DNA from: Pyrinomonadaceae bacterium
GTDB taxonomy: Bacteria > Acidobacteriota > Blastocatellia > Pyrinomonadales > Pyrinomonadaceae
Direction: 5' to 3'
NCBI GenBank assembly: GCA_046313635.1
Contig: JBKBYA010000002.1
Coordinates: 497,904 to 561,903 of the forward strand
Length of the DNA stretch: 64,000 nucleotides
Below, one piece after another: positions 1-12,612 of the stretch. Numbering within the stretch: position 1 is the first letter of the stretch; the number at the start of each line of letters is the position of its first letter. The notes beneath the pieces are model-generated. The model saw only the letters and a program-made list of their open reading frames with translations. It did no database searches and was not told the origin of the DNA. The translations under genes were made by a program, and so were the position numbers.

Positions 1-693
1 GCGGTCGACAAACTGTCCGACGCAGAGGACGAGCACGTCGCCGTCGCCGACGCCGAGCGAGCGCCGCGTCGCGCTCCGATCGAACGGCCGCGCGAGGACG
101 GCGTCGATCTGCGGCGGGTTGACGCATGTGTACGTGACGGGGATCCGCTCCTGAAAGGCGTCCTCGACCCAGCCTTTGAGCTTGTTCTTTGTATCGTGAT
201 TCGACGCGAAGATGTGAAATCCCGGCAGCCGCGAGACGATCTGGAGGCGTGCCTTCCAGATCGCCTCTCGCCACGCCGAGCTCTTCGGCAAAAAATTGTG
301 CATCGTCACAAAGACGTTCGCTCGGCGCATCGAGAGCAGCGAGAGAAAGATCCAGTCCTGCCAGGGCGGCGACTCGATGTGCAGGATGCTCTCTCGCAGG
401 TCAAATCGTCGCAGATAGCGATAGGTCACGATCTGCGCGCGTATGCGGCGCCACTGCCGCTCGAGCTTGCGGCGAAGGGTCGGTGCGGGAGCGGAGTCGG
501 TCTGCGCGTCGACGAACTCGTACGGCACGCCGATCTCGTCGAGATAGGCGAGGATGTCGGGATAGGAATTTCGCGGCAGCACGACACGCACGTCCCAATC
601 CTGCCGCGCGAGCTTCATGATCGCCAGGAAGTAGATCTGGGCGCCGCCCCATTCGAGGTAGTTCCAGCAAAAGATGAGCTTTCGTTTCGACAT
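1..693 (-). CDS. Glycosyltransferase family 4 (GT-B), 3' end runs off the window
   Basis: Manual translation from ATG 693: MSKRKLIFCWNYLEWGGAQIY...VTMHN...VLVLCVGQFVDR, open to position 1; GGA and GQFVDR motifs typical of GT4. Confidence 0.8.
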   Translation of the reverse strand, partial: MSKRKLIFCWNYLEWGGAQIYFLAIMKLARQDWDVRVVLPRNSYPDILAYLDEIGVPYEFVDAQTDSAPAPTLRRKLERQWRRIRAQIVTYRYLRRFDLRESILHIESPPWQDWIFLSLLSMRRANVFVTMHNFLPKSSAWREAIWKARLQIVSRLPGFHIFASNHDTKNKLKGWVEDAFQERIPVTYTCVNPPQIDAVLARPFDRSATRRSLGVGDGDVLVLCVGQFVDR

Positions 694-700
694 CGCGCCG

Positions 701-1636
701 TTATCGATCAAGCCAATTGCGCACGCCCGCGAGCCGCTCGCGGCGGCGATGCGGAACGCACAAGACATTCGCGCCTTGGTCGTCCGCGGCAAAACCGTCG
801 ATCTCGTCAAGCTTCTTTCTAACCTCGTCGATCACGTAAAACGAGTAGCCGGCCCGGTCGCGAATAAAACGGATCAGATCGTCGGGCGTGCAGCCGAACT
901 TGCGCGACGTGTTCAGCGCCATCTCCATCACGACGATCGGCGGGTCTGCCTGCGCAAAGAGAGCCTCGGCACCGCGGAGCATAAGCAGCTCGGCCCCTTC
1001 GACGTCGACCTTGACGAAGTCGACGGCTCCGACCGCGCTTTCTTCTAAATAACGATCGAGCGTCGTCGTCCGGCAGCTTACGGCGGTCGTGTCCGATCGT
1101 CCGCCCGACGACATCGAAGCGTGCCCGGTCGGCTCGCCCGCGAAAAGATGAAACGTCACCTCACCCTCGGCGTCGGAGAGCGCGAGCCGATTGATACGCA
1201 CATTTGCCGGAGAGCCGGCGAGAGCGACGTTGAATTCCAGCTCGTCAAATGTCGCGGGTATCGGTTCGAACGCATGCACCGAGCCTTTGTCTCCGACGAG
1301 TCGCAGCAGCAGCGTCGTGTACCAGCCAAAATTCGCCCCCGCGTCGATGCAGACGTCGCCTGGCCTGACGAGCGACCTTACGAGCGCCGTGATCGCCGGC
1401 TCGTACTCGCCAAAGAAATAAACAAGGTCGTGCATGCCCGTCCGCAGGTCGGCGCGGATGCGGCGGCCGTCGCGGACCGCCACGACCTCGGGCGGCGGCA
1501 GCTCGCCGCAGACGCGAAGGGCGTAGGTCATCAATCGATACTTGCCCTTATCGACCGGCGCACGCCGCGTGTAGGCCCGCACGAGACGGAGCACGAATGC
1601 GGTCGCCGGTCCGGATTTGGTCAGAACTGTCGTCAT
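701..1636 (-). CDS. FkbM family SAM-dependent methyltransferase
   Basis: DAGANFGWYT, AFEP and FVKVDVEGAE motifs; start trimmed to ATG 1636 to avoid overlapping the GT2 gene. Confidence 0.9.
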   Translation of the reverse strand: MTTVLTKSGPATAFVLRLVRAYTRRAPVDKGKYRLMTYALRVCGELPPPEVVAVRDGRRIRADLRTGMHDLVYFFGEYEPAITALVRSLVRPGDVCIDAGANFGWYTTLLLRLVGDKGSVHAFEPIPATFDELEFNVALAGSPANVRINRLALSDAEGEVTFHLFAGEPTGHASMSSGGRSDTTAVSCRTTTLDRYLEESAVGAVDFVKVDVEGAELLMLRGAEALFAQADPPIVVMEMALNTSRKFGCTPDDLIRFIRDRAGYSFYVIDEVRKKLDEIDGFAADDQGANVLCVPHRRRERLAGVRNWLDR

Positions 1637-1665
1637 GCGCGTGATCGCAAAAAAAGCCGTGAGCG

Positions 1666-2607
1666 TCAGTCTGCGTCGCGGACCACCGCGCCGGCAAAGA
1701 CCTCTTTCAGCGGCGGTTCCTTCTGCTCGCCGGCGACCGCCATGCTCTCTGCGCTGCGGCCGGCGATCGCGAGCGCCAGGAACGATGCGAACGCCGCGAC
1801 GCCCTTGGCATAGGACGGCCCGCCGAGCACACACGCGTAGAAGCGGCGGCGCAGGCTGTGAATGTTCTTGAGATCGATAAAGAGGTCGTAGAACAATCTG
1901 CGAAGGTCCTTTTCTCTGACCCTCGGCGGAATGTTGTTCGGCTGGCAAAAGACGCGCGAGCCCGGATCGATCAGCAGCCGCCAGCCGCGGCGTTTGAGAC
2001 GCGGCGTGTACTCGGCGTCACCGAAATTCGGGAATCGCCTTTCGTCCATCAGACCGCACTCGCGGATCGCCTCGGTCGGGACGAGCAGGCAGTTGCCGAC
2101 GATCAGATCGACCTCCCACGGGCGGTCAGGAATGGTCCAGACGGTCTGATGGGCCCAGTGCTGCCAGCCGCCGCGCCACGTCTGCCAAACCGGCGCCGTT
2201 TGAAACAGCTTGTGCGGCTGGTCCCAAAGCAGCAGCAGCGAACCGACAACCGATCGCGGAACTCTCTCGGCCGTGCGGACCAGGCTCTGCAGAAATTCCG
2301 CGTCAAAGACCTGGTCGTCGTTCATCATCAGCACGTACTTCGGGTCGCGTTCGAGCGCGACGCGTACGCCCGCGTTCGTGCCGCCGGTGAACCAAAGGTC
2401 GCCCGTGCCGGCGACGATCTCGACGTCAGGAAATTCCTGCCGGATGGCATCCGCCGTGCCGTCGGTCGATGCGTCGTCGACGACGATGACGTGCACGTCG
2501 AGCCCGTCGGAGTTGATCCGCGAAAGGCTGCGGAGGCACTGCAGGGTGATCTCTCGGCGGTTATAGACCGGCGTGACGACTGCGATGCGAATGTTGTCGG
2601 AACTCAT
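1666..2607 (-). CDS. Glycosyltransferase family 2
   Basis: VVTPVYNR, VVDDASTDGT, MNDD motifs; ATG 2607 overlaps the upstream TGA (ATGA coupling). Confidence 0.9.
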   Translation of the reverse strand: MSSDNIRIAVVTPVYNRREITLQCLRSLSRINSDGLDVHVIVVDDASTDGTADAIRQEFPDVEIVAGTGDLWFTGGTNAGVRVALERDPKYVLMMNDDQVFDAEFLQSLVRTAERVPRSVVGSLLLLWDQPHKLFQTAPVWQTWRGGWQHWAHQTVWTIPDRPWEVDLIVGNCLLVPTEAIRECGLMDERRFPNFGDAEYTPRLKRRGWRLLIDPGSRVFCQPNNIPPRVREKDLRRLFYDLFIDLKNIHSLRRRFYACVLGGPSYAKGVAAFASFLALAIAGRSAESMAVAGEQKEPPLKEVFAGAVVRDAD

Positions 2608-4004
2608 TCCGCGGTCGAGCTGAGCGCTTCTCCGTTCTCGCCCCACCAGAGCTTTCGCAGGCGGTCGGTATTGGCCTCGTCGTCCTCGCTGTTGCCGATC
2701 GCGATGTAGCGGATGCCGTCGCGCCCGGCGAGCCGCGACTTGAGCAGACGCCAAAAGTCCATGACCATCACCTCGGCCCATTGATTCTTAAAGTCGTCGG
2801 CGGTCAGCTCGGCAAATGCCGGGTCGGGCGTGGTGATGAGCACGGCCTCGGCCTGCTTGAGACATTCGCCGATCGAATCGAGCACCACGACGTGACGCTG
2901 GATGTCGCTGAGGTCCATCTCGGACGACATCGGATCGTAGGCGACGACGCGCATTCCGCTCTTTGCGAGGTGACGAGCGACGTAGACGCCCTGCGACTCT
3001 TCGGTGACGTGCGAAAAGGGCTTGTACGAGAGACCGAGCACGGCGACGGTCGCGCCTTTTCGGATGAGCTTCTGCAGCCGGTTAGAGACGTTCTCGGCGA
3101 CCGCTCGGTTCATCGAGTCGGTCGTCTGAGCGAGCCGGGCCTCGACGCCGAGCTCGCGTGCGATGAAAGAGAGCGCGACGTTGTCACGCGGAAAGCACGG
3201 GCCGCCATAACCTATCGCTCCGGTCAGATACTTCCGGCCGATCCGGCTGTCCATCCCGAGCGCGTTGCTTACGACGTCGACATCGCCGCCCGGGATCTTT
3301 TCGCAGATCTCGGCGAGCATATTGGCGAAGGTGATCTTGGTCGTGACGAAGGTGTTGACCGAGATCTTGGTCAGCTCCGCATTCTCGAGGCTCATCCGCG
3401 CGGCCGGAGCTCCGTTGGTCATCACGCGCGAGTAGATCTCTTCGAGCTGAGAGCCGCAGCGCTGGTCGAGCTCGCCTATCAGGGTGAAGTCAGGGTTCAA
3501 AAAGTCGCGAATGATGCTGCCGAGAGCGATGAACTCGGGGCTGTAGCAGAGACCGAAGTCCCGGCCCGCCTTTTTGCCCGATTCTCTCTCGAGGATCGGC
3601 AGCAGCGCCTGACGCGTCGAGCCAGGCAAGACGGTGCTCGTCATCACGACGTTGTGGTAGGCGTCCTTTTTTGCGAGGGCTCTGCCGATCTCGCGAAACG
3701 CCCACTCGGCGTACTGCAGCGAGAACGCCCCGCGCTCGTCGCTCGGCGTCGGGACGATGACGAAGGAGATGTCCGACCCGAGCACCGCCTCCTCGTGGCT
3801 CGAGGTCGCGCGGATGCGCTCGCGATTAGCCGCGATCGTCGCGTCGAGGTCGGTCTCCTGTACCGGCGCCCGTCCCTCGTTTACCGCGTCGACCGAACGC
3901 TGGTTCACGTCGACGCCGATCACGCTGAGGCCCCGCATAGCGAATGCCGCCGCCATGCTTGCTCCGAGCTTGCCCAGCCCGATAACTGAAACTTTGTCTA
4001 TCAT
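2604..4004 (-). CDS. ugd: UDP-glucose/GDP-mannose dehydrogenase family protein
   Basis: GLGKLG Rossmann motif, VPTP, SPEF, AELTK, catalytic GYGGPCFPRD. Confidence 0.9.
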   Translation of the reverse strand: MIDKVSVIGLGKLGASMAAAFAMRGLSVIGVDVNQRSVDAVNEGRAPVQETDLDATIAANRERIRATSSHEEAVLGSDISFVIVPTPSDERGAFSLQYAEWAFREIGRALAKKDAYHNVVMTSTVLPGSTRQALLPILERESGKKAGRDFGLCYSPEFIALGSIIRDFLNPDFTLIGELDQRCGSQLEEIYSRVMTNGAPAARMSLENAELTKISVNTFVTTKITFANMLAEICEKIPGGDVDVVSNALGMDSRIGRKYLTGAIGYGGPCFPRDNVALSFIARELGVEARLAQTTDSMNRAVAENVSNRLQKLIRKGATVAVLGLSYKPFSHVTEESQGVYVARHLAKSGMRVVAYDPMSSEMDLSDIQRHVVVLDSIGECLKQAEAVLITTPDPAFAELTADDFKNQWAEVMVMDFWRLLKSRLAGRDGIRYIAIGNSEDDEANTDRLRKLWWGENGEALSSTAE

Positions 4005-4029
4005 CGTGAGTGAGTCTTCCCTTTTTGAT

Positions 4030-5043
4030 CTAACTTGTCGCGACGGTGCCGACGAGCCTGCCGCCGTCGGCGCCTAGAGACCGGGCAACCTGTTGCTCGA
4101 TCCACCGGTACGTGCGGCCGAGGCCGTCCTCGAGCGAGATCTGCGGCTCCCAGCCGAGCACTTCGCGCAGTTTGGTGTTGTCTGAGTTGCGGCCGCGGAC
4201 GCCCATCGGCCCGTCGACGTGTTTTTTGGTGATCGATATTCCGGCTATCTCGGCGATGATGTCGGCGAGCTGATTGATCGTCACCATACGGTCCTGACCG
4301 AGGTTGAGCGGCTCGGCAAAGTCCGACCTCATCAGCCGGTAGAGGCCCTCGACGCAGTCGTCGATATAGCAGAACGAGCGGGTCTGCTCGCCGTCGCCCC
4401 AGATCTCGATCTCGTGATCGCCCGTGAGCTTTGCCATCGCGATCTTGCGGCACATTGCGGCCGGAGCTTTTTCTCGGCCGCCCTCCCAGGTGCCCTTCTC
4501 GCCAAAGATGTTGTGAAACCTGACGGTCCGCGTCTCGATGCCGTAGTCCTCGCGGTAATGCATGCAGAGACGCTCGGAGACGAGCTTTTCCCATCCGTAA
4601 GCGTCCTGCGGAGCGGCCGGATATGCGTCCTCCTCTTTGAGCGGCGTCACGTTGGCGTCCTCCTGCAGATGCTCAGGATAGATGCATGCCGAGCTCGTGT
4701 AGAGATACCGCCCGACGCCGTTGACACGCGCCGCCTCGAGCGTGTGCAGGTTGATGAGCGAATTGTTGTACAGGATCTGCGCGTGATGACTCGAGATGAA
4801 TCCCATCCCGCCCATGTCGGCCGCGAGCGCGTAAACTTCGTCGACGCCCCTCGTCGACTGCAGGCACGCGTCCCAACGCCGAAGGTCGAGGATCTCGAAC
4901 TCGTCCGCGTCGGTCTCGGCAAACTCCGGATATTTAAGGTCCACACCGCGCACCCAGTAGCCCCGGTCCTTGAGATAAGTGACAAGGTGGCTGCCGATGA
5001 ATCCGCCCGCACCGGTCACGAGCACCTTTGTTGGTGAAGTCAT
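4030..5043 (-). CDS. NAD-dependent epimerase, GDP-mannose 3,5-epimerase-like
   Basis: GAGGFIG, ADMGGMGFI, SSACIYPE, QDAYGWEK, GGREKAPAAMCRK, GVRGRNSDN; alternative start 5073. Confidence 0.85.
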   Translation of the reverse strand: MTSPTKVLVTGAGGFIGSHLVTYLKDRGYWVRGVDLKYPEFAETDADEFEILDLRRWDACLQSTRGVDEVYALAADMGGMGFISSHHAQILYNNSLINLHTLEAARVNGVGRYLYTSSACIYPEHLQEDANVTPLKEEDAYPAAPQDAYGWEKLVSERLCMHYREDYGIETRTVRFHNIFGEKGTWEGGREKAPAAMCRKIAMAKLTGDHEIEIWGDGEQTRSFCYIDDCVEGLYRLMRSDFAEPLNLGQDRMVTINQLADIIAEIAGISITKKHVDGPMGVRGRNSDNTKLREVLGWEPQISLEDGLGRTYRWIEQQVARSLGADGGRLVGTVATS

Positions 5044-5069
5044 ATTTTGAATCAGTTCGCTCGCGGCCC

Positions 5070-7544
5070 TCACGCCTCGTCGTCGTGGCGGTAGCTGTCG
5101 CGATGATAATAGCTCTGGTAGTAGTAATAATTGTCCTCGGCCCGCAGATTGGCGTTGTTGAGCACTACGCCGAAGATCCTTGCCCCGAGATCCGAGAGGA
5201 GCTGCTTGGAACGCCGCACGACCTGACGCGAGGTCTTGCCCGAGTGGACGACAAGAATGACGCCGTCGACCATCGACGCGATCAGCACGCCGTCGGTGAA
5301 CGACGCGATCGGCGGCGAGTCGATGACGACGTGCGTGAAATTGTCCTGAAGTATCTTGAGCAGATTCGCCATCTGCTCCGAGCCGATCAGCTCGGCCGGA
5401 TTCGGCGGGATCGGTCCCGACGGCAGCAGATAAAGTTTCGACTCTTCGTCGCGCTTGATGATCTCGAGGATCTCGGGCGTGCCGACCTCGCTCGAGAGTA
5501 TGGTGCTGAGCCCGGCCGCATTCGAGATGTTAAAGACCGAATGCAGCCGCGGCCGCCGCATATCCGCGTCGATCAGCAGCACCTTGGCGCCGGTCTGCGC
5601 GAGACTGATGGCGGTGTTGGTCGCCGTCGTGGTCTTGCCCTCGGCCGGCAAGCTCGACGTGATCAGGAGCGACTTCGGGGCGTGTCCCGCGGTCGAGAGC
5701 AGGATAGAAGTGCGAAGCTGGCGATACGCCTCGGCCAGCGACGAACGCGAGTCGGCCGAGATAAGCAGCTCGGTCGGGCCCTGGTCCTCGACCTGCTCTT
5801 CGCCGCCCACGAGCAGCAAGCGGCGCTTGGGCATCGATTCGATCGTCGGGATCGCGGCGAGAGCCGGCAGCTGCAGGTAGTTCTCGATTTCCTCGGTCGA
5901 GCGGATCGTGTCGTCGAGATACTCAAGGAAGAGCGCAAGGCCCATTCCGAATAGCGTCGACAGCATTAACGCGGCCAGCACCGTCATCAGCCTGCGGGGT
6001 GCGACCGGCGTGTCGTTGGGGATCGCGATCTCCGAGACGCTGATGTTGTTATCGGAGCCCTTCGCCGAGACGTCGTTGCTGCTTTGCTGCTCGATCAGAT
6101 TTTTGAGAAAGCCCTTGTTGGTCTCGATATTCTGCTCCAGCAGCTTGAGGAGCACAGCGCCCTGATTCTGACCTTGGGCGATGTTGTACTGCTCGTTAAA
6201 GGCCGCGCGGACCTTGTCCTCTTGCTGCTTTGCCTGGTTGTACTTGGTCTGCAGGTTGGTCAAGATCGTGTTGGTCGCACGCTGGACAAAATTGTTGATG
6301 TCCTCGGTGTTGCGGGCGACCTCGCGCGCCAGCGAGCGCTCGAGACTCTCGATCTGCACATCGATCTCGCGGACCGGATCGGCAGTTTCTTTGTACTCCT
6401 GGAGCAGCTTGTCCCGGTCTGAACGGAGCTGGGCGATCTTTTTCTGTGTATCGTTCTTGAGATCGCGGAGCGAATTTTCGCGTTCGGTCACGTAGCGGGC
6501 CATCTGGTCCTGCGCCATCTCGCGGACGGCGGTCGGATTGTCGCGGACGGCGAAGTACTGAGCCTCGGCATTCTTGCGCGCGTTCTCGGCCTCGAGAAGC
6601 TGTTTGTTGAGGCCGGCGAGGCGTTCGAGGTCGATCGTGCCTTCGCCGGTGGTGGGCAGTATCCCTTCTCTGCGTTTCAGCTCGACGAGCTTTGTCTCGT
6701 CGGCTTTGATCTCGCTCTGCAGGTCGGCGATGCGCTTGCCGAGAAAGTCGCTGGTCTTGCGGTTAGTGCCCGACCGCTTTTCCTCGTTCATCAGGGTAAA
6801 GGTCTCGGCGATGGCGTTCGCGACAAAGGCCGCGAGCTCCGGGTCGTTGCTGCGGTAAGAGATCTCTATGAGGCGAGTGTCCTTGACCGTCGCTCGCGAC
6901 TCGCGTATCGGCTCGATGCTGAGATTCTTGCGGATGACGTCCACGTACGGCGAGAGCCTCATCGCCTCCTCTACCTCGTCGGACGAGGCAATGCCGGTAT
7001 CGGGCAAGACGTCAGCGTCCTTCTTTTTGTCGCCGCTGCCGTCGCTCGCGAGGCCGACCGTTTTGAGCATAGAGCGCCAAGGCGACACCGCTGCCTCGGT
7101 CTTGGCCTGCTGAAACTCCTTATTGGTATCGAGACTGTGTTCCTTGACCACGCGGCGGAGCAGGCTCTCGCTGCTGAGCAGCTGAAGCTGCGTGTTGAAA
7201 TACGCCGGGTCGGGGTTTGAGAGCGGGCGCGAGCGGTCGGTCGTGACGAGGTCGGGATTGGTCTGCTCGAGATCGACCTGGACGACCGCCCGGGCCGAGT
7301 AGACATTGGGTTTGCGCGCCATATAAATGGCGGCGAGCGTCGTGAAAAGCACCGCGATCCCGATCACGAGCCACAGCCGTTTGCGGATCGCGCGCCAGTA
7401 ATCGAGCAGCTGAAAGCCCTCGGAGCCGTAACTGTCGCGGTAGCCGGGATACCTGCCCGGCGCGACGACCTGCGGCTCAAACGGCCGAGCGATCTCGGCG
7501 GTCTCGACGACCGAGGTCTTGATGATTTCGCGCGTTTCTTTCAT
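5070..7544 (-). CDS. wzc: Polysaccharide co-polymerase / tyrosine autokinase (Wzc/GumC)
   Basis: Two TM segments flanking a coiled coil, Walker A PAEGKTT, DADMRRP, VIDSPP, C-terminal Tyr cluster NYYYYQSYY. Confidence 0.92.
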   Translation of the reverse strand: MKETREIIKTSVVETAEIARPFEPQVVAPGRYPGYRDSYGSEGFQLLDYWRAIRKRLWLVIGIAVLFTTLAAIYMARKPNVYSARAVVQVDLEQTNPDLVTTDRSRPLSNPDPAYFNTQLQLLSSESLLRRVVKEHSLDTNKEFQQAKTEAAVSPWRSMLKTVGLASDGSGDKKKDADVLPDTGIASSDEVEEAMRLSPYVDVIRKNLSIEPIRESRATVKDTRLIEISYRSNDPELAAFVANAIAETFTLMNEEKRSGTNRKTSDFLGKRIADLQSEIKADETKLVELKRREGILPTTGEGTIDLERLAGLNKQLLEAENARKNAEAQYFAVRDNPTAVREMAQDQMARYVTERENSLRDLKNDTQKKIAQLRSDRDKLLQEYKETADPVREIDVQIESLERSLAREVARNTEDINNFVQRATNTILTNLQTKYNQAKQQEDKVRAAFNEQYNIAQGQNQGAVLLKLLEQNIETNKGFLKNLIEQQSSNDVSAKGSDNNISVSEIAIPNDTPVAPRRLMTVLAALMLSTLFGMGLALFLEYLDDTIRSTEEIENYLQLPALAAIPTIESMPKRRLLLVGGEEQVEDQGPTELLISADSRSSLAEAYRQLRTSILLSTAGHAPKSLLITSSLPAEGKTTTATNTAISLAQTGAKVLLIDADMRRPRLHSVFNISNAAGLSTILSSEVGTPEILEIIKRDEESKLYLLPSGPIPPNPAELIGSEQMANLLKILQDNFTHVVIDSPPIASFTDGVLIASMVDGVILVVHSGKTSRQVVRRSKQLLSDLGARIFGVVLNNANLRAEDNYYYYQSYYHRDSYRHDDEA

Positions 7545-7550
7545 TTGATC

Positions 7551-8537
7551 CTATGGCGCCGGAACGCGGTAGAAGATCGAACCGACACCGCCGGTCAGCG
7601 ACCTGCCGATACTGTTGATGATGCTCTTTGCCTTGTCCTCCGAAATGGCGACGATGTCGTTCGGCTCGAGAAACGGGTCGGGCTGCTTACCGGCGACGAT
7701 GCTTTTGACATTGTAAACGAGCTCTTCGCGCTCGGACGAGTTGGGCTTTTGCCGCAGCACGCGGACGCTGCCGAGATTGGAGGCCGACTTGGCCCCCTCG
7801 GCCTCGGCGATCGCCTGTACGAGAGTGATCGGCTCTTTCATCTTCACGGCCTTTTGCTTATTGACGTTGCCGTAAACGTAGACCTGATCGGCGTCTGAGA
7901 CAAAGACGATGTCGCCGGGCTGCATCACGAGACGCTGCTTTGCCTCGCGGACGTCCTTGATCCTGAAGTCAAATAGCTGAATGTCGCTCGATGCGCCGGC
8001 CGCCGCGGCGACCGCTGCGGCGTCATTCTCGGGTGTGCGGCAGTTTGAGTTGCTGCCCATCCGCGCGACGAGTATGCGCGAGCCGGCCTTTTCCGGATCG
8101 GGACCGCCGGCGTACGCGAGCAGCTCCAGCAGCTGCACGGGACGCGTGATGTAAAAGTTGCCCGGCTTGACCACCGCGCCGAGAACGGCGACGTACTGCG
8201 ACTTTTGATCGACGGCGACGACGCTCACTTCCGGATTGCGAAGGTAATCCTTGGCATACGCGGCGGCTATGTCACGAGCGAGCTCGCTCTCGGTCTTGCA
8301 GACGGCGAGTATCGGCCGGTCGAGCTTAAAGAGATTGATCGTGCCGTTGGGGTTGACGGCGACGCGGCGGCTCAGCTCGGGATGTCTGAAGACCTGCACC
8401 TCGAGCGTATCCTGATAACCGATACGGTATCGCTGCGCGGCGGAATTCTGATCGGCCGGGGCCGGCGGCTCCTGCGCCGCTGCGAGCCCGGCGCAGGCCA
8501 AAAGACAAATGACTGACAGAATGTAAAAACGCTTCAT
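7551..8537 (-). CDS. wza: Polysaccharide export protein (Poly_export + SLBB domains)
   Basis: Signal peptide, YRIGYQDTLEVQVF, GAVVKPG, LEPNDIV; GAGGTG SD before ATG 8537; adjacent to wzc. Confidence 0.85.
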   Translation of the reverse strand: MKRFYILSVICLLACAGLAAAQEPPAPADQNSAAQRYRIGYQDTLEVQVFRHPELSRRVAVNPNGTINLFKLDRPILAVCKTESELARDIAAAYAKDYLRNPEVSVVAVDQKSQYVAVLGAVVKPGNFYITRPVQLLELLAYAGGPDPEKAGSRILVARMGSNSNCRTPENDAAAVAAAAGASSDIQLFDFRIKDVREAKQRLVMQPGDIVFVSDADQVYVYGNVNKQKAVKMKEPITLVQAIAEAEGAKSASNLGSVRVLRQKPNSSEREELVYNVKSIVAGKQPDPFLEPNDIVAISEDKAKSIINSIGRSLTGGVGSIFYRVPAP

Positions 8538-8753
8538 TTCTGTGCACCTCACTCAAGATCCGATCAGCTGATTTTTCCGAATGTCCGAATAAACCGGGGA
8601 GCCGGAGAGATTGGTATATCCTCGAATAACAATACCTTAAACCGTTTGATCGAGGAAGATTCTATCAAACTGGACCGCCGTTGGAAACCGCTGTTTTGAA
8701 TCGTCCGGCCTTTTAGCTAAACTTTGAATCTCGCTGATCATCTCTCGTTCTGT

Positions 8754-11420
<2,667 letters not shown>

Positions 11421-11480
11421 GTTTGTAGTTAAGAGATGACCTCAGCGGTCGGCGCCGGCACAGCTCATCCGATACTTCAT

Positions 11481-12590
11481 ATGCTCCAGGCCGAACTCAA
11501 ATCGCTCGCGATCGAAGAAAAGATCGGCCAATTGTTTTTCATCGGTCTGCACGGGACCGAGCTCGAGGGCGACGCGGCGCGGCTCGTCGACGAGATACGG
11601 CCCGGCGGCGTGTGTCTTTTTGCACGCAACATCCGCGAGGCCGCGCAAACGCGTGCGTTGCTCGACGCGCTGCGAGGAGCGCTGCCTGTAGAGCCGCTGC
11701 TGAGCCTCGATCAGGAAGGCGGTCTCGTCGATCGCCTCCGCCGCGTCGTCACGCCGATGCCGTCCGCCAGCAAGCTGCGCAGCGAGAGCGACGCGGCCGA
11801 GCTCGCAAGGATCATTGCCGAGTGCGCGCGCATTCTCGGTTTCAATATGGATTTTGCTCCGGTCGTCGACGTCGTTGACGGACCGCGGGGCGGGTACTCG
11901 AATGGCGGACTCGTGTCGCGTGCGTTCGGCAAGTCGGCCGACGACGTCGTCCGCTTAGCCGGGACGTTTTTGTCAGAGCTGCGATCGTGCGGCGTCGTCG
12001 GCTGCATCAAGCACTTTCCCGGACTCGGCGCCTCGCAGGTCGACTCGCATGAGGAACTGCCGCTGGTCGCCGTCTCCGACGACGAATTTCGCAGCGTCGA
12101 TCTGGCGCCCTACGTTGAACTGATCGAGCGCGGCGGCGTCCAGGCGGTGATGGTCGCGCACGCCGCCTATCCGACACTCGCCTTGCAGGAGTCGAGAGCA
12201 GATGGCAAACTGCTCCCGTCGTCGCTCAGTTCCCGATACATTGATAATTTGCTGCGGCGCGAGCTCGGCTTCGAGGGTTTGGTCGTCACCGACGACCTCG
12301 AAATGGGAGCGATCGTCAGGAATTTCGGTATCGCCGAGGCCTGCCGGCTTGCGATAGCGGCCGGGGCAGACATGCTCGCGATCTGCGCGCGGCCCGAGGC
12401 CGTACGCGAAGGGTTTGATGCGCTCGCCGAGGCTGTCGCCCGCGGCGAGATCAGCGAGGCGAGAATAGATACATCGCTCGCGCGTATCGCGGGCGTCAAA
12501 CAAACGCTTTCGCTGCCGCTCCCCTTTGATCCGCGGCGGATCGACGAGCTCTCAGCCGCCGTCGCCGAACTCAACGCACGACTCGAATAG
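11481..12590 (+). CDS. nagZ: Beta-N-acetylhexosaminidase (GH3)
   Basis: DQEGGLV, KHFPGLG...DSH, TDDLEMGA; alternative start 11436. Confidence 0.88.
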   Translation: MLQAELKSLAIEEKIGQLFFIGLHGTELEGDAARLVDEIRPGGVCLFARNIREAAQTRALLDALRGALPVEPLLSLDQEGGLVDRLRRVVTPMPSASKLRSESDAAELARIIAECARILGFNMDFAPVVDVVDGPRGGYSNGGLVSRAFGKSADDVVRLAGTFLSELRSCGVVGCIKHFPGLGASQVDSHEELPLVAVSDDEFRSVDLAPYVELIERGGVQAVMVAHAAYPTLALQESRADGKLLPSSLSSRYIDNLLRRELGFEGLVVTDDLEMGAIVRNFGIAEACRLAIAAGADMLAICARPEAVREGFDALAEAVARGEISEARIDTSLARIAGVKQTLSLPLPFDPRRIDELSAAVAELNARLE

Positions 12591-12612
12591 AATCACGGAG
12601 GACAAGATCTCT

